Shown: positions 48,490-57,417 of the stretch, piece after piece
How the letters are laid out: each line of letters opens with the position of its first letter
Position numbering within the stretch: the first letter of the stretch is position 1
Translations under genes and position numbers: made by a program
Notes under the pieces: generated by a model
Databases searched by the model: none
Told to the model about the DNA's origin: nothing
Seen by the model: only the letters and a program-made list of their open reading frames with translations
DNA from: Candidatus Multivoradales bacterium
GTDB lineage: Bacteria; Acidobacteriota; Thermoanaerobaculia; Multivoradales; JAHEKO01
Direction: 5' to 3'
Assembly: GCA_965248055.1 (NCBI GenBank)
Contig: CBDFIJ010000004.1
Coordinates: forward strand, 2,688,001-2,752,000
Length of the DNA stretch: 64,000 nt

Positions 48490-49031
48490 AAATGAAATGG
48501 CCGCTAGTAGTGAGTATTTTTGGGTTGGTCTTTGGTGTCGGGGCTGTGAAGTCGCAGGACACCGCTGGGAGCGACGACGGGGTGGTCCAGGAAGAGGAGT
48601 TCGAGGAGCCAGAATTCTTTGAGTTCGACGCCCCGTCTGAGATCGAAGAGTTGTTGTCCGAGGAGTGGAGAGTGCTTGCCGGGGAGTCCCAGCCGTCCTA
48701 CGATCCGGGAACCCGGCGTGATCCTTTTCAGTCGCTGATTGTGGAACGAACTAGCGTGGTTTCGACTGGACAGCGCCCTGAAGGTCTTCCGGGGCTGTTA
48801 ATCGGCGATTTGGAAGTGACTGGAATCATGGCGTTTGGTGCCGAGAGAGTCGCGCAGGTGCGTGCCGCCGATCGCTCGGTTAGCTATTTGGTTCACGAAG
48901 GGGATCGACTGTTCGACGGCGATGTGATCAGTATTTCTTCGGAAGAAGTGGTTTTTCAGCAAGTGGTAGACGACCCCGCGGCACTCCGGCCTTTTAGAAC
49001 GGTTGTCAAGAAGCTAAGGCCCGAGAATTGA
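48486..49031 (+). CDS. pilP: PilP-like protein
   Basis: YDPGTRRDPF motif and C-terminal beta domain; between pilO and pilQ. No lipobox Cys seen. Confidence 0.8.
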   Translation: MKMKWPLVVSIFGLVFGVGAVKSQDTAGSDDGVVQEEEFEEPEFFEFDAPSEIEELLSEEWRVLAGESQPSYDPGTRRDPFQSLIVERTSVVSTGQRPEGLPGLLIGDLEVTGIMAFGAERVAQVRAADRSVSYLVHEGDRLFDGDVISISSEEVVFQQVVDDPAALRPFRTVVKKLRPEN

Positions 49032-49042
49032 GGAGAGCAGGC

Positions 49043-51829
49043 ATGGGTACTCGACAATTCAGTATGTTGCGCAACGCGGTACTGATCGCATTTGTTGTCG
49101 GCTGCGCCGTTGGCGCTCCGATGTTCTCCGAGGGGATTTCCCAGTTGGCCGAGATCTCGGTGGACGAGAGTGCGTCAGACGTTACCAAGATACGATTTGA
49201 CCTCGATCAGGTAACTAGCTGGTCTAGCTATCGCGCTGACGGCGGGGATTTGGTTATCGAACTTGCAGAGACCGTGGTCGGCTCATTCGTGGAGGTTCCG
49301 CCGATTAGCGGGGGCATCATTCGCGGGATTGAAATCGAAAGCGATCCAGACGGCCCGGTGACGCGCATCCGAGTTCTCGACGGCGACACCGAACATGAAA
49401 TCGTCCCGCACGGCAATTCATTAGAAATGCTGGTGCGCCCGCTTGGGGCCATAGCTGAACTGGCGACCGAGCCGATGGGAGAGGCTCTGGTTGCGGAAAG
49501 CGAGGCTACCGACGTGGCCGCAGATCCAGATTTGGCTGAGGTAGAGACAGCCATCGAAGCCGCCGAAGCCGTTCGACCGAGCGGCACTTCAGACGAGCCA
49601 TTCCTTGCCGCAGCGTTGACACAATTCGCCGGTACCCGAGTGGTTGCAGTTGAGACCGCTTCCCATGGTGGTGAAGTCAGCGTCTACATTCGCGGTGACG
49701 GTTCATTCGCCTATTCCGCATTTTCGTTGGACGGGCCGGATCGTTTCGTCATAGATCTTCTTGGCATTGTGGTTGGTGTTGAAGGTCGGGCGATTGGGAT
49801 TGATGAGGCGTTGGTTAGACAAGTCAGGCTGGCGCAGTACAGAGAGGATCCGCAGCCGGTAACTCGTGTGGTCTTCGACTTGTGGAGCCCCTATGTGCCA
49901 TGGGTCGAGTCGGTCGCGGACGGTGTCGTGGTGCGTTTCGGCTTTACGCACGCAGCCGAAGTCGCTCAAGTTGACCTTCCAGGGACCCCGGAGACCACAT
50001 TCCTGGAATCAGCGGAAGCGGAAACTCTAGAGCCCGCGATGGTCGTCATCGAGGAAACTATGGCAACCGAAACCGGCGAACTGGCCGACGCTGTCGTTGA
50101 AAAGTACGATGAAGTAACCGATCTAGTTGAGAATTTTGCAGATTCGATCGAAACTGACTACACGACGCTTGAGGAGGCAGAACCAGAAGTGGCCACTGAC
50201 CCCGGCCCGGTAGACGAAATCGAAGGCCAAGTAGCGAAGGTGGTCGACGAATTGGACCAGATTGCTGAGGATCTCGAATCCGTCGGTGAGTCCGAATATC
50301 AATCTGCGGATGACATTGCTGCAACGGTTGCTGAAGATGTGGCTGTCCAGAACGGTGTCGCTGAAGATGTGGCCGAAGATGCCGCCTCCGACATTGCCGA
50401 GACCGAATACCAATATCAGCAAAGTGAGCCAGAATCGACCCAAGAAATCATTGCTCAGGCAGTACCAGACGTGAGCTATGAGCCGGTTGCCGCAGCGTCC
50501 GAATCTGCTTACCACAACCAGCAGGATCTGACGGTTACCACGGGCGAGGCCACCAGCGACCCGAACCCCGCCACTGGCTTTGAAAGACAGCAGCTTGCTA
50601 GCGGCCAGCGCCAGTACACCGGAGAACCCATCGACTTGAGTTTGCAGGACTCCGACGTGCGCGACGTATTGCGGTCGCTGGCGCAATTATCGGGACTCAA
50701 CTTGGTGGTGCAGCCTGGCGTTACCGGTCGGGTTACCGTGGAGTTTGTTCAGGTACCCTGGGACCAAGCGCTTGAGCAGATCCTCAAGATCAACAGTTTG
50801 GGCTACGAAGTCGAAGGAACGATCATGCGTGTGGCGCCGCTGAATCAGCTCCGCCAGGAGGCTGAGGAACGGCAGCGGCTGGCTCAGGTACGGGCCGCGG
50901 CAGTGCCATTAACAACAGTGATCCAGCGTGTTAGCTACGCCAAAGCAAACGTGGTGGCGAGGATCTTGTCGGCGCGTGGCGGCATCATGAGTCAGCGTGG
51001 GTCGGTGGTTGTCGACGAGCGCACCAACACCTTGATCATCAAGGAGTTGCCGGCCTATGTCGACACTGTGCTGTCAGTGATTGAAAATCTCGACATCGCT
51101 GAGCCTCAGGTGATGATCGAGGCGCGCATTATTGAAACCACCAAGCGCTTTAGTCGTACCCTGGGGATCAACTGGGGATTCGGCGGTATCGCGGACAACG
51201 AGCACGGCAACACCACCGGTTTGGTGTTTCCCAACAACGCCCAGGTCGACGGGGGAGTTTCCTTGTTGACTGGAGCGCGCAACGGTTTTGTCGATCTGTC
51301 GCTGGGTAACGTACTTAATACCTTTAACTTGGATATCGCGTTGCAGGCTGCTGAGAACGAAGGGTTGATCAATGTGCTTTCGGAACCACGGATTTCGACA
51401 CTCAACAACGAACGTGCGACGATCCAGAGCGGCTTACAGATTCCCATCCAGACGGTGGCAAACAACACCGTCAGCGTGCAGTTTGTCAATGCAACGCTTC
51501 GGTTAGACGTCACTCCACAGGTGACCGCTGATGGCACGGTATTGATGGATGTGCGGATCCAGAAGCGCGAACCGCAGCCTGCTTTTGCAGTAGCCGGAGC
51601 GGCCAACGCTCCGATTGCCACCAAGGAAGCGAGCACCCGTGTGATTGTGCGCGATGGTGGTACCACGGTTATTGGCGGAATCTACGAGGTTTCCAGTGAC
51701 CAAGGCGAAGATCGAGTGCCCGGCCTGGGTAAGGTCAAAGGCATTGGCAACCTATTTAAGAATCGTCGCCGCAACGACGAAAATCAAGAACTGCTCATTT
51801 TCATCACCCCTAGGGTGATCCGGCTATAG
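49043..51829 (+). CDS. pilQ: Type IV pilus secretin with AMIN domains and long acidic linker
   Basis: YTGEPIDLSLQD, VPWDQAL, DERTNTLII, PQVMIEARIIE, LDVTPQVT and ELLIFITPRVI; SD AGGAG before ATG 49043. Confidence 0.96.
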   Translation: MGTRQFSMLRNAVLIAFVVGCAVGAPMFSEGISQLAEISVDESASDVTKIRFDLDQVTSWSSYRADGGDLVIELAETVVGSFVEVPPISGGIIRGIEIESDPDGPVTRIRVLDGDTEHEIVPHGNSLEMLVRPLGAIAELATEPMGEALVAESEATDVAADPDLAEVETAIEAAEAVRPSGTSDEPFLAAALTQFAGTRVVAVETASHGGEVSVYIRGDGSFAYSAFSLDGPDRFVIDLLGIVVGVEGRAIGIDEALVRQVRLAQYREDPQPVTRVVFDLWSPYVPWVESVADGVVVRFGFTHAAEVAQVDLPGTPETTFLESAEAETLEPAMVVIEETMATETGELADAVVEKYDEVTDLVENFADSIETDYTTLEEAEPEVATDPGPVDEIEGQVAKVVDELDQIAEDLESVGESEYQSADDIAATVAEDVAVQNGVAEDVAEDAASDIAETEYQYQQSEPESTQEIIAQAVPDVSYEPVAAASESAYHNQQDLTVTTGEATSDPNPATGFERQQLASGQRQYTGEPIDLSLQDSDVRDVLRSLAQLSGLNLVVQPGVTGRVTVEFVQVPWDQALEQILKINSLGYEVEGTIMRVAPLNQLRQEAEERQRLAQVRAAAVPLTTVIQRVSYAKANVVARILSARGGIMSQRGSVVVDERTNTLIIKELPAYVDTVLSVIENLDIAEPQVMIEARIIETTKRFSRTLGINWGFGGIADNEHGNTTGLVFPNNAQVDGGVSLLTGARNGFVDLSLGNVLNTFNLDIALQAAENEGLINVLSEPRISTLNNERATIQSGLQIPIQTVANNTVSVQFVNATLRLDVTPQVTADGTVLMDVRIQKREPQPAFAVAGAANAPIATKEASTRVIVRDGGTTVIGGIYEVSSDQGEDRVPGLGKVKGIGNLFKNRRRNDENQELLIFITPRVIRL

Positions 51830-51846
51830 GGAAGGGACAGGAGGAA

Positions 51847-52446
51847 GTGATGAGAAACAAACTTGTTCTAGCTCTGGTAGCGATCACTCTAGTTGGGGTC
51901 GCGGGATGCAAGACTCGCACAGATGGAACTGAGTCCGGTGGAGTACTGCTGGTAGTTTCAGATTTTGACGGATTGCCCTCTGGTGTAAGTATCAACTGTA
52001 GTCTCGGGGAGGTCGCAATTGAATTCTGTGATCCTGATACCTACCGCTCGGCGCGATTGTCAGTGGGTGAGCTAACTTTGGAGAATATTGTTGCTGATCC
52101 AACTGGGACGTCTAGCCGTCTAATGGATATTCAGATCACGCGGTATCAGATCGGTTTTCGGCGCATTGATACCGGATCCAGGCTGCCACCGACGCAATTT
52201 CGTAACGTTGGCGTACTTGTCCCGGCCAACGGGACCGCTGCGATTACCAATCTTCCGATTTTGACTTCGGAGGCATTTACCAATCAGCCACTAACTGACC
52301 TGCGTTTACGCAATGGCGGCGTAGACAGTGAGACGGGGAGTGAGACGATGTTGATCGAGTTCGAGATGATTTTTCACGGGCGCACTTTGTCCGGGGATGA
52401 GGTGCAGAGCAATGCTTTCACCTTTACTGTTGAGTTCAGGGCCTAG
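51847..52446 (+). CDS. Hypothetical lipoprotein (beta-rich)
   Basis: Lipobox VAGC; SD GGAGG; immediately after pilQ. Confidence 0.8.
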   Translation: MMRNKLVLALVAITLVGVAGCKTRTDGTESGGVLLVVSDFDGLPSGVSINCSLGEVAIEFCDPDTYRSARLSVGELTLENIVADPTGTSSRLMDIQITRYQIGFRRIDTGSRLPPTQFRNVGVLVPANGTAAITNLPILTSEAFTNQPLTDLRLRNGGVDSETGSETMLIEFEMIFHGRTLSGDEVQSNAFTFTVEFRA

Positions 52447-52458
52447 GACGGGAGGCAG

Positions 52459-53238
52459 ATGAAAATGAAAGTGAATCGACTACTACTAGTGACCGCGATA
52501 CTGGTCACCGTCGTTCCAGCTTTGATTGGTGGTTGCAAGGCTGACAAACAACAGTCGCCAACCCAACCGAGTCTGCCAGGAGCGGATTTTCCTGTTGCAG
52601 CTGCTTTTGCCTGCTTTGTATTTGTTGACCAACCTCGGGTTATTGGCTTTGAAGATAGATCCTCTGGGGCACCCAATCAATTCGCGTGGGATTTTGGCGA
52701 TGGGGGCCGAAGTACCGAGAAAGACCCGCGGCATAGTTATGGGAAAGGAGGAAAATATCTGGTCACTCTGACAGCCCGTGACAACCAAAGCTCGGATACG
52801 GTCAGCCAGTTCGCGGTTACTGATGTTGGTTGCACGACAGCAACCTGTGGGGATGGCAACGTGGACTTTGACGAGCAGTGCGATGATGGAAACGCGATGA
52901 GTGGCGATGGCTGCAGTTCTAGTTGTCGCACGGAGTTCTGCGGTGACGGAATTGTTCAGGTACAGGCGGGGGAACAGTGTGACGATGGCAATGTCATCCC
53001 CAACGACGGTTGCAGTAGCGATTGTAAGCGCGAGAGCTGTGGTGACGGCGTCGTTCAGTCTCGTGAGGAGTGTGATGACGGCAATAGGGTGAGTGGTGAT
53101 GGATGTACCCAATCTTGCGATGCTGAGTTTTGCGGCGACGGCGTTATTCAGACTGCGCTTGGAGAAGCATGCGACGATGGCAATGTCGTTTCTGGTGACG
53201 GCTGCGAAGCCGATTGCACCGTGACAACTGCCCCATAG
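52459..53238 (+). CDS. Lipoprotein with PKD domain and four Myxococcus-type cysteine-rich (DUF4215-like) repeats
   Basis: Signal ending IGGC; PKD motif FEDRSSG...WDFGDG...PRHSY...GKYLVTLT; four CGDG..EqCDDGN..GDGC..C units. Confidence 0.88.
   Translation: MKMKVNRLLLVTAILVTVVPALIGGCKADKQQSPTQPSLPGADFPVAAAFACFVFVDQPRVIGFEDRSSGAPNQFAWDFGDGGRSTEKDPRHSYGKGGKYLVTLTARDNQSSDTVSQFAVTDVGCTTATCGDGNVDFDEQCDDGNAMSGDGCSSSCRTEFCGDGIVQVQAGEQCDDGNVIPNDGCSSDCKRESCGDGVVQSREECDDGNRVSGDGCTQSCDAEFCGDGVIQTALGEACDDGNVVSGDGCEADCTVTTAP
52843..53220 (+). repeat. Four tandem ~31-33-aa Cys-rich coding repeats
   Basis: CGDG...CDDGN...DGC...C repeated four times and diverged at DNA level. Confidence 0.9.
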
Positions 53239-53252
53239 TTGGTGCCCTTCAA

Positions 53253-53295
53253 AGAACAAAAAAAGGCCGCGGGTAGCCGCGGTTTTTTTTGTTCT
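53253..53295. terminator. Bidirectional Rho-independent terminator
   Basis: AGAACAAAAAAAGGCCGCGG-GTAG-CCGCGGTTTTTTTTGTTCT. Confidence 0.92.
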
Positions 53296-53370
53296 CAGGC
53301 CGGGTTGTTGCTTTGGGCTCCTGACCGCAGCTAGGGTAGCGAAGGGGATGTCAATATACTGGAGGTCACG

Positions 53371-55155
53371 ATGAATTGTTTCTCTGCGTTGCGAAAGAGC
53401 AACGTTACCCGAAATTACTGTATTGCCGGAGTTCTGTCGGCTTGTTCGGTGCCCTTGTTTGGTGCTGACCTTTCCCAGTTACTGAGCGTTGAACTGGAGC
53501 AGGAGAGTGCAGGCATTGTGACCCTCACGCTAGAAATGGATCGTGATTCCAGCTGGTCGACGGTGCGAAATAGTGAGGGAGAGTTGGTGATCGAATTATG
53601 GGAGACGGTTACGGCATCCTTTGTCGAAGTGCCGACCGAGGCGGTGCATGGGGTACGGGTGATCTCGATTGAAACCAAGCCGGACGGACCGGTTACCCGG
53701 TTGACCGTTGCCGATGGTGGCGCCGAGTACGAGTTGACCCCGTCTGGCTTGACCTTGCACGCCAGGTTTCACGGGGTCAACACAGGTGCAGAGGCTACCT
53801 TCGTAGCGCCCGAACCAGTAGAAGAGGTTGAGCCGACGGTGGAGCTATCGGATGCGGACGTCGAGCCCATGTCGGACAGGGAGAATGATCCCCGAGACCT
53901 CGAGTCGGAGAGTTCCGAGGTAGACGGTGGGATGGACCCGCCTCCAGGAAATCTGGATACAGTAGAAGCCCGGGCAGATATCCAGCCTGACAGCCAGCCG
54001 GTTGTTATCCAGTTCCCTGTGGAGGAGTCGGTTTCTGAACCTGTCTTGGAGCGCAATGATGGACAACCAACCCCAGTACTGGATACTCCTGAACTGCGCA
54101 CCCCTGAATTGCGCACTGCTGAATTGCCTACTTTTGAAATGGCTAGCCCTGAGCCGGCCACGGATGTGCCCAGCGCTGAGGTTCCGGTAACGGTGGAAGA
54201 GTCAGATCTTCCGGTGTTGGATCACGCGGGAATCGACGAAGCTGGTACTGGCCAGTCGTCACGGCCGGTTGCGTTTGAGACGCCTGACACTTCGTCGGCA
54301 GTGCGGCCGATCGGGACACCGGGGAATCCTTATCTTGCTGCGGTGACCGGGAGTTCAGCGGCCAAGTTGTTGCTGACGGTGGAACCTCTGGATGTGGTCG
54401 GGTCTTATCGACTTCTGGCCGATGGCGATATCGGCTATCGGGCGTTCGCGCTCAGCGAACCTCACCGATTTGTCATCGACCTGCTCGGACTAGAACTGGT
54501 CGCGGATAACAGAGAACTCAGCGGCCCCAGTGCCGGGCCGGTAGAAAGAGTGCGGCTGGGGCAGTTTGCCGATTCGCCGGATCCGGTGGCAAGAATTGTC
54601 TTCGATTTGTCGCAAGCTGGGATCCCCTGGGTCGAATCAGGGGAAAACCAACTCGTTGTTCGGTTTGACCAGGAAACTGGAGCCGCCATCGCTCAAAATA
54701 TGGGCAGTTCGCCCGCTCCGATTGTCGAGACCGTCGAGGTCGCGGAAGAAATTGGTTCGGCGCCATCCAGCGTGGTGGAAACAATACCGGAGGCGCTTCC
54801 CGGGAGATTCCAATCGATGCCGGCCGGACCTTTGGCAACGCAACTGCTGAGTGCTTCGTGGACCACGGAGCAAGGGGTCAGCGAACTCCGTCTCGTCGGT
54901 GATGGAGGATTCCACTACGGAACCTTTACCTTGGCCGCCCCAGATCGGTTGGTGATCGACCTGCTCGGGGTGGCCAAGAGCACAGAAACTCAGGGTTTCC
55001 CCGGCTCAGGCAACGTTGCCGGGGTGAGAATTGGTTTGTTTGAGAGTGAACCTAAGCCGATCACGCGTGTGGTCTTTGACCTCAACCGAACTGTTGCCCC
55101 CTCCTTCGAGCGCGGCGATGGCCTACTCATTGTGCGATTTCCTGAGGACCCTTGA
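53371..55155 (+). CDS. Secreted multi-AMIN-domain protein, paralog of the PilQ N-terminal region without secretin
   Basis: Two clear AMIN motifs (PHRFVIDLLG...VRLGQF...ARIVFDL; PDRLVIDLLG...VRIG...TRVVFDL) plus an N-terminal AMIN-like domain alignable to PilQ; SD GGAGG. Confidence 0.85.
   Translation: MNCFSALRKSNVTRNYCIAGVLSACSVPLFGADLSQLLSVELEQESAGIVTLTLEMDRDSSWSTVRNSEGELVIELWETVTASFVEVPTEAVHGVRVISIETKPDGPVTRLTVADGGAEYELTPSGLTLHARFHGVNTGAEATFVAPEPVEEVEPTVELSDADVEPMSDRENDPRDLESESSEVDGGMDPPPGNLDTVEARADIQPDSQPVVIQFPVEESVSEPVLERNDGQPTPVLDTPELRTPELRTAELPTFEMASPEPATDVPSAEVPVTVEESDLPVLDHAGIDEAGTGQSSRPVAFETPDTSSAVRPIGTPGNPYLAAVTGSSAAKLLLTVEPLDVVGSYRLLADGDIGYRAFALSEPHRFVIDLLGLELVADNRELSGPSAGPVERVRLGQFADSPDPVARIVFDLSQAGIPWVESGENQLVVRFDQETGAAIAQNMGSSPAPIVETVEVAEEIGSAPSSVVETIPEALPGRFQSMPAGPLATQLLSASWTTEQGVSELRLVGDGGFHYGTFTLAAPDRLVIDLLGVAKSTETQGFPGSGNVAGVRIGLFESEPKPITRVVFDLNRTVAPSFERGDGLLIVRFPEDP
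54085..54129 (+). repeat. Three 15-bp tandem repeats (TPELR-TPELR-TAELP)
   Basis: ACTCCTGAACTGCGC / ACCCCTGAATTGCGC / ACTGCTGAATTGCCT. Confidence 0.85.
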
Positions 55156-55172
55156 TTGGCACGGTGCGTGCG
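55156..55172 (+). promoter_or_regulatory. Candidate sigma54 promoter
   Basis: TTGGCACGGTGCGTGCG: perfect -24 TTGGCACG and GG-N10-GC; intergenic. Confidence 0.62.
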
Positions 55173-55253
55173 TTGCACAACTCCAAATGAAGTGCTTCAG
55201 TTGTGACTATCGTTTCTAGACCGCAAGGTAGCAGCCTACGTATACTGCAAACG

Positions 55254-56195
55254 ATGCGACAAAGACGTATTTTTGCCACTGCCCTTTTGACCCTTAGCGT
55301 TCTTGCCGGGTGCGACAAAGTGACCCCGGTGGCGCCTGGCGGGTCGACACTTACGGTCAGCGCCAATCCGACTTTTATTGATGTCGACGGCGAGAGCGTG
55401 ATTACCGTCATTGCTCGCAACGAAGATGGCTCGCAGGTCAATCCGGGAACCGAGATTCTTTTGTCGACCACGTTGGGAACAATTGACGAATCGATCTTCA
55501 CAGACGCGCGTGGGGTCGCTATTTCTACTCTTCGTGGCGACGGTCGCGCGGGCCTAGCGACGGTGGTGGTTTCGTCGGGTGCAGCCGCGGTGGTGACTTT
55601 GGACCCGCCGATTCAAATCGGCGCCTTCGCCGCTTTTGTCAGCATCCAAGCCACTCCGACTACGGTAGAGGAAACGGGAGGCGAAATTCAACTCTTGGCG
55701 TTGGTGCGAGGGGACACCGGAGCGCCATTGCCCAATGCGGTGGTTAATTTTTCGACACCCTTTGGCATCCTGACTTCAGGAGGTGGCGCACTCGTAACCG
55801 ACAGCACTGGGCAGGTGATCGATACTCTGACGCTCACTGATCGCGATGTCGCCGCGATTACGGCCGACACTTTCACCGTTAGGGCTCAAACCGCGGGCGG
55901 CTCTGAAGCACTCCTTGAAGGCACTTCCGTCATTACTATCGCGCGACTGACGCCTACTGCACAGTTCACGGTGGCTGGTGGTGAAGGGAATACTGTTATC
56001 TTTACCAGTACCAGTACTGGAGGTCAGCCGTTGCTTCACGCATGGGATTTCAGAACCGATGGGTCAACCGATAGTACTTCACTGAACCCCACGTTTACCT
56101 ATCCTGCGGCGGATGAATATAGCGTTACCTTGACCGTGACTAATGATTTCGGCAGCAACTCAATCACACAAGACATAACAGTTCCGGTTCCATAG
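55254..56195 (+). CDS. Lipoprotein with two Ig-like (Big_1/invasin-type) domains and a PKD domain
   Basis: Lipobox LAGC; TVSANPT...TDARGVA and QATPT...TDSTGQV Ig repeats; C-terminal PKD (WDF...NPTFTY...YSVTLTVTN). Confidence 0.85.
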   Translation: MRQRRIFATALLTLSVLAGCDKVTPVAPGGSTLTVSANPTFIDVDGESVITVIARNEDGSQVNPGTEILLSTTLGTIDESIFTDARGVAISTLRGDGRAGLATVVVSSGAAAVVTLDPPIQIGAFAAFVSIQATPTTVEETGGEIQLLALVRGDTGAPLPNAVVNFSTPFGILTSGGGALVTDSTGQVIDTLTLTDRDVAAITADTFTVRAQTAGGSEALLEGTSVITIARLTPTAQFTVAGGEGNTVIFTSTSTGGQPLLHAWDFRTDGSTDSTSLNPTFTYPAADEYSVTLTVTNDFGSNSITQDITVPVP

Positions 56196-56199
56196 AGCC

Positions 56200-56841
56200 T
56201 TGTCGGCCCAGAACAGAGGAAGTCGGTCGGACGAGAAATTGCGCGAGGCGCGGCGATTACAGGAGGCCGGCCACCTGGATCAGGCTGCCGATTCTTATCG
56301 CCAAGCTTTGCAGGAACGGTCCGAGCACGTTGCTGCCCGAATCGCACTCGGGAAGATTTTGGTTACTTTGGAGCAGCCCGCAGCGGCCAGAAAACAACTA
56401 TTCCTAGCGCTACAACATGATCCTGACCAAATGGTTGCCCGACGACTCTTGGCTGACGCCAACTTGATGCTCGGCAACCACCTGGAAGCGCATCGCTGGC
56501 TGTCGGAGTACTTGCGGGTGCTGCCAGAGGATAGAGAGGCGCAGGAGTTGTTTAAGACCGTGGAGTCTCAGCTCGAGTTTCCTCCCTCATCGGCCGCAGT
56601 CGGTCCTGCGACAAGAACCCTAGGACGCTTGTACCTCGAACAGGGGCACCCAGAGCGCGCCGCGGAAGTCCTAGGTGACTTGACCCGAGGTTCGGCTGAT
56701 GATCGAGAACTTGACGCTCTGGTGGATGCGGCGCTGCGGCGTCACTCAGAGCAGACTTTGCGGTCCAAACGACTCTTGCTAAAGCGGTTGGGCGCGTGGC
56801 GACGCGCCTTGGGTCAAATGGAACCCATTGGCACGGGTTGA
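56200..56841 (+). CDS. Tetratricopeptide repeat protein
   Basis: TPR-like helices (AADSYRQAL, ARIALGKIL, ALQHDPD); TRTLGRLYLEQGH. Confidence 0.8.
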   Translation: MSAQNRGSRSDEKLREARRLQEAGHLDQAADSYRQALQERSEHVAARIALGKILVTLEQPAAARKQLFLALQHDPDQMVARRLLADANLMLGNHLEAHRWLSEYLRVLPEDREAQELFKTVESQLEFPPSSAAVGPATRTLGRLYLEQGHPERAAEVLGDLTRGSADDRELDALVDAALRRHSEQTLRSKRLLLKRLGAWRRALGQMEPIGTG

Positions 56842-56918
56842 CCCCACCTCATAGACTCGCCATGATGGGTTGAGGCGTCACCTGATGCCTAGATGGCCAC
56901 AACGAATACGGAGTAGGC

Positions 56919-57389
56919 ATGCTCAATTTTGAAGAAATCAAAGAGCTGTTGCGATTGGTAGCCGACAAACGACTCGACGGAATCGAGATTGAGCGGGCTG
57001 GTTTTCGCCTGGTAATCAATGGAAAGTCTCAAACCACTGTCGAATCGGTTTCGCGTCCGACATCGACCTCGGAGCCTGAATCGATTGTTGTCGCTGAGGA
57101 GCCGGTTGCACAAGAGGTGGTAGAGGAAAAACCATCACCTGGCCAAGGAGCTCACGTGGTTTCCTCGCCGATTGTTGGCACCTTCTACACCGCGCCAGCG
57201 CCGGATGCCGATCCTTACGCTCGAGTGGGCGATCGGGTACGAAAGGGCCAGGTTCTGTGCATCATTGAAGCGATGAAATTGATGAACGAGATCGAATCGG
57301 ACGCGGACGGTGTGGTGGTCGAGATTTTCCCCAAGAATGCTCAGCCTGTGGAGTTTGGTGAACCGCTGTTTGCCATTCAGTCTGCCTAG
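56919..57389 (+). CDS. accB: Acetyl-CoA carboxylase biotin carboxyl carrier protein
   Basis: SPIVGTFY and [10 protein letters not shown] (biotin lysine). Confidence 0.97.
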   Translation: MLNFEEIKELLRLVADKRLDGIEIERAGFRLVINGKSQTTVESVSRPTSTSEPESIVVAEEPVAQEVVEEKPSPGQGAHVVSSPIVGTFYTAPAPDADPYARVGDRVRKGQVLCIIEAMKLMNEIESDADGVVVEIFPKNAQPVEFGEPLFAIQSA

Positions 57390-57417
57390 GCTCGACGGCG
57401 AGCTTCGAGAAAGACGA

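Noticed and set aside
52843-53220. Periodic DNA as a possible CRISPR array
   Set aside because: Repeats are degenerate, in frame and protein-coding; there are no identical repeats with unique spacers and no cas genes.
52486-53259. 257-aa minus-strand ORF with repeats
   Set aside because: Mirror of the Cys-rich repeat gene on the + strand.
56828-56844. TTGGCACG as a sigma54 promoter for accB
   Set aside because: No GC at the -12 position (CC instead), and it lies mostly within the TPR coding sequence.
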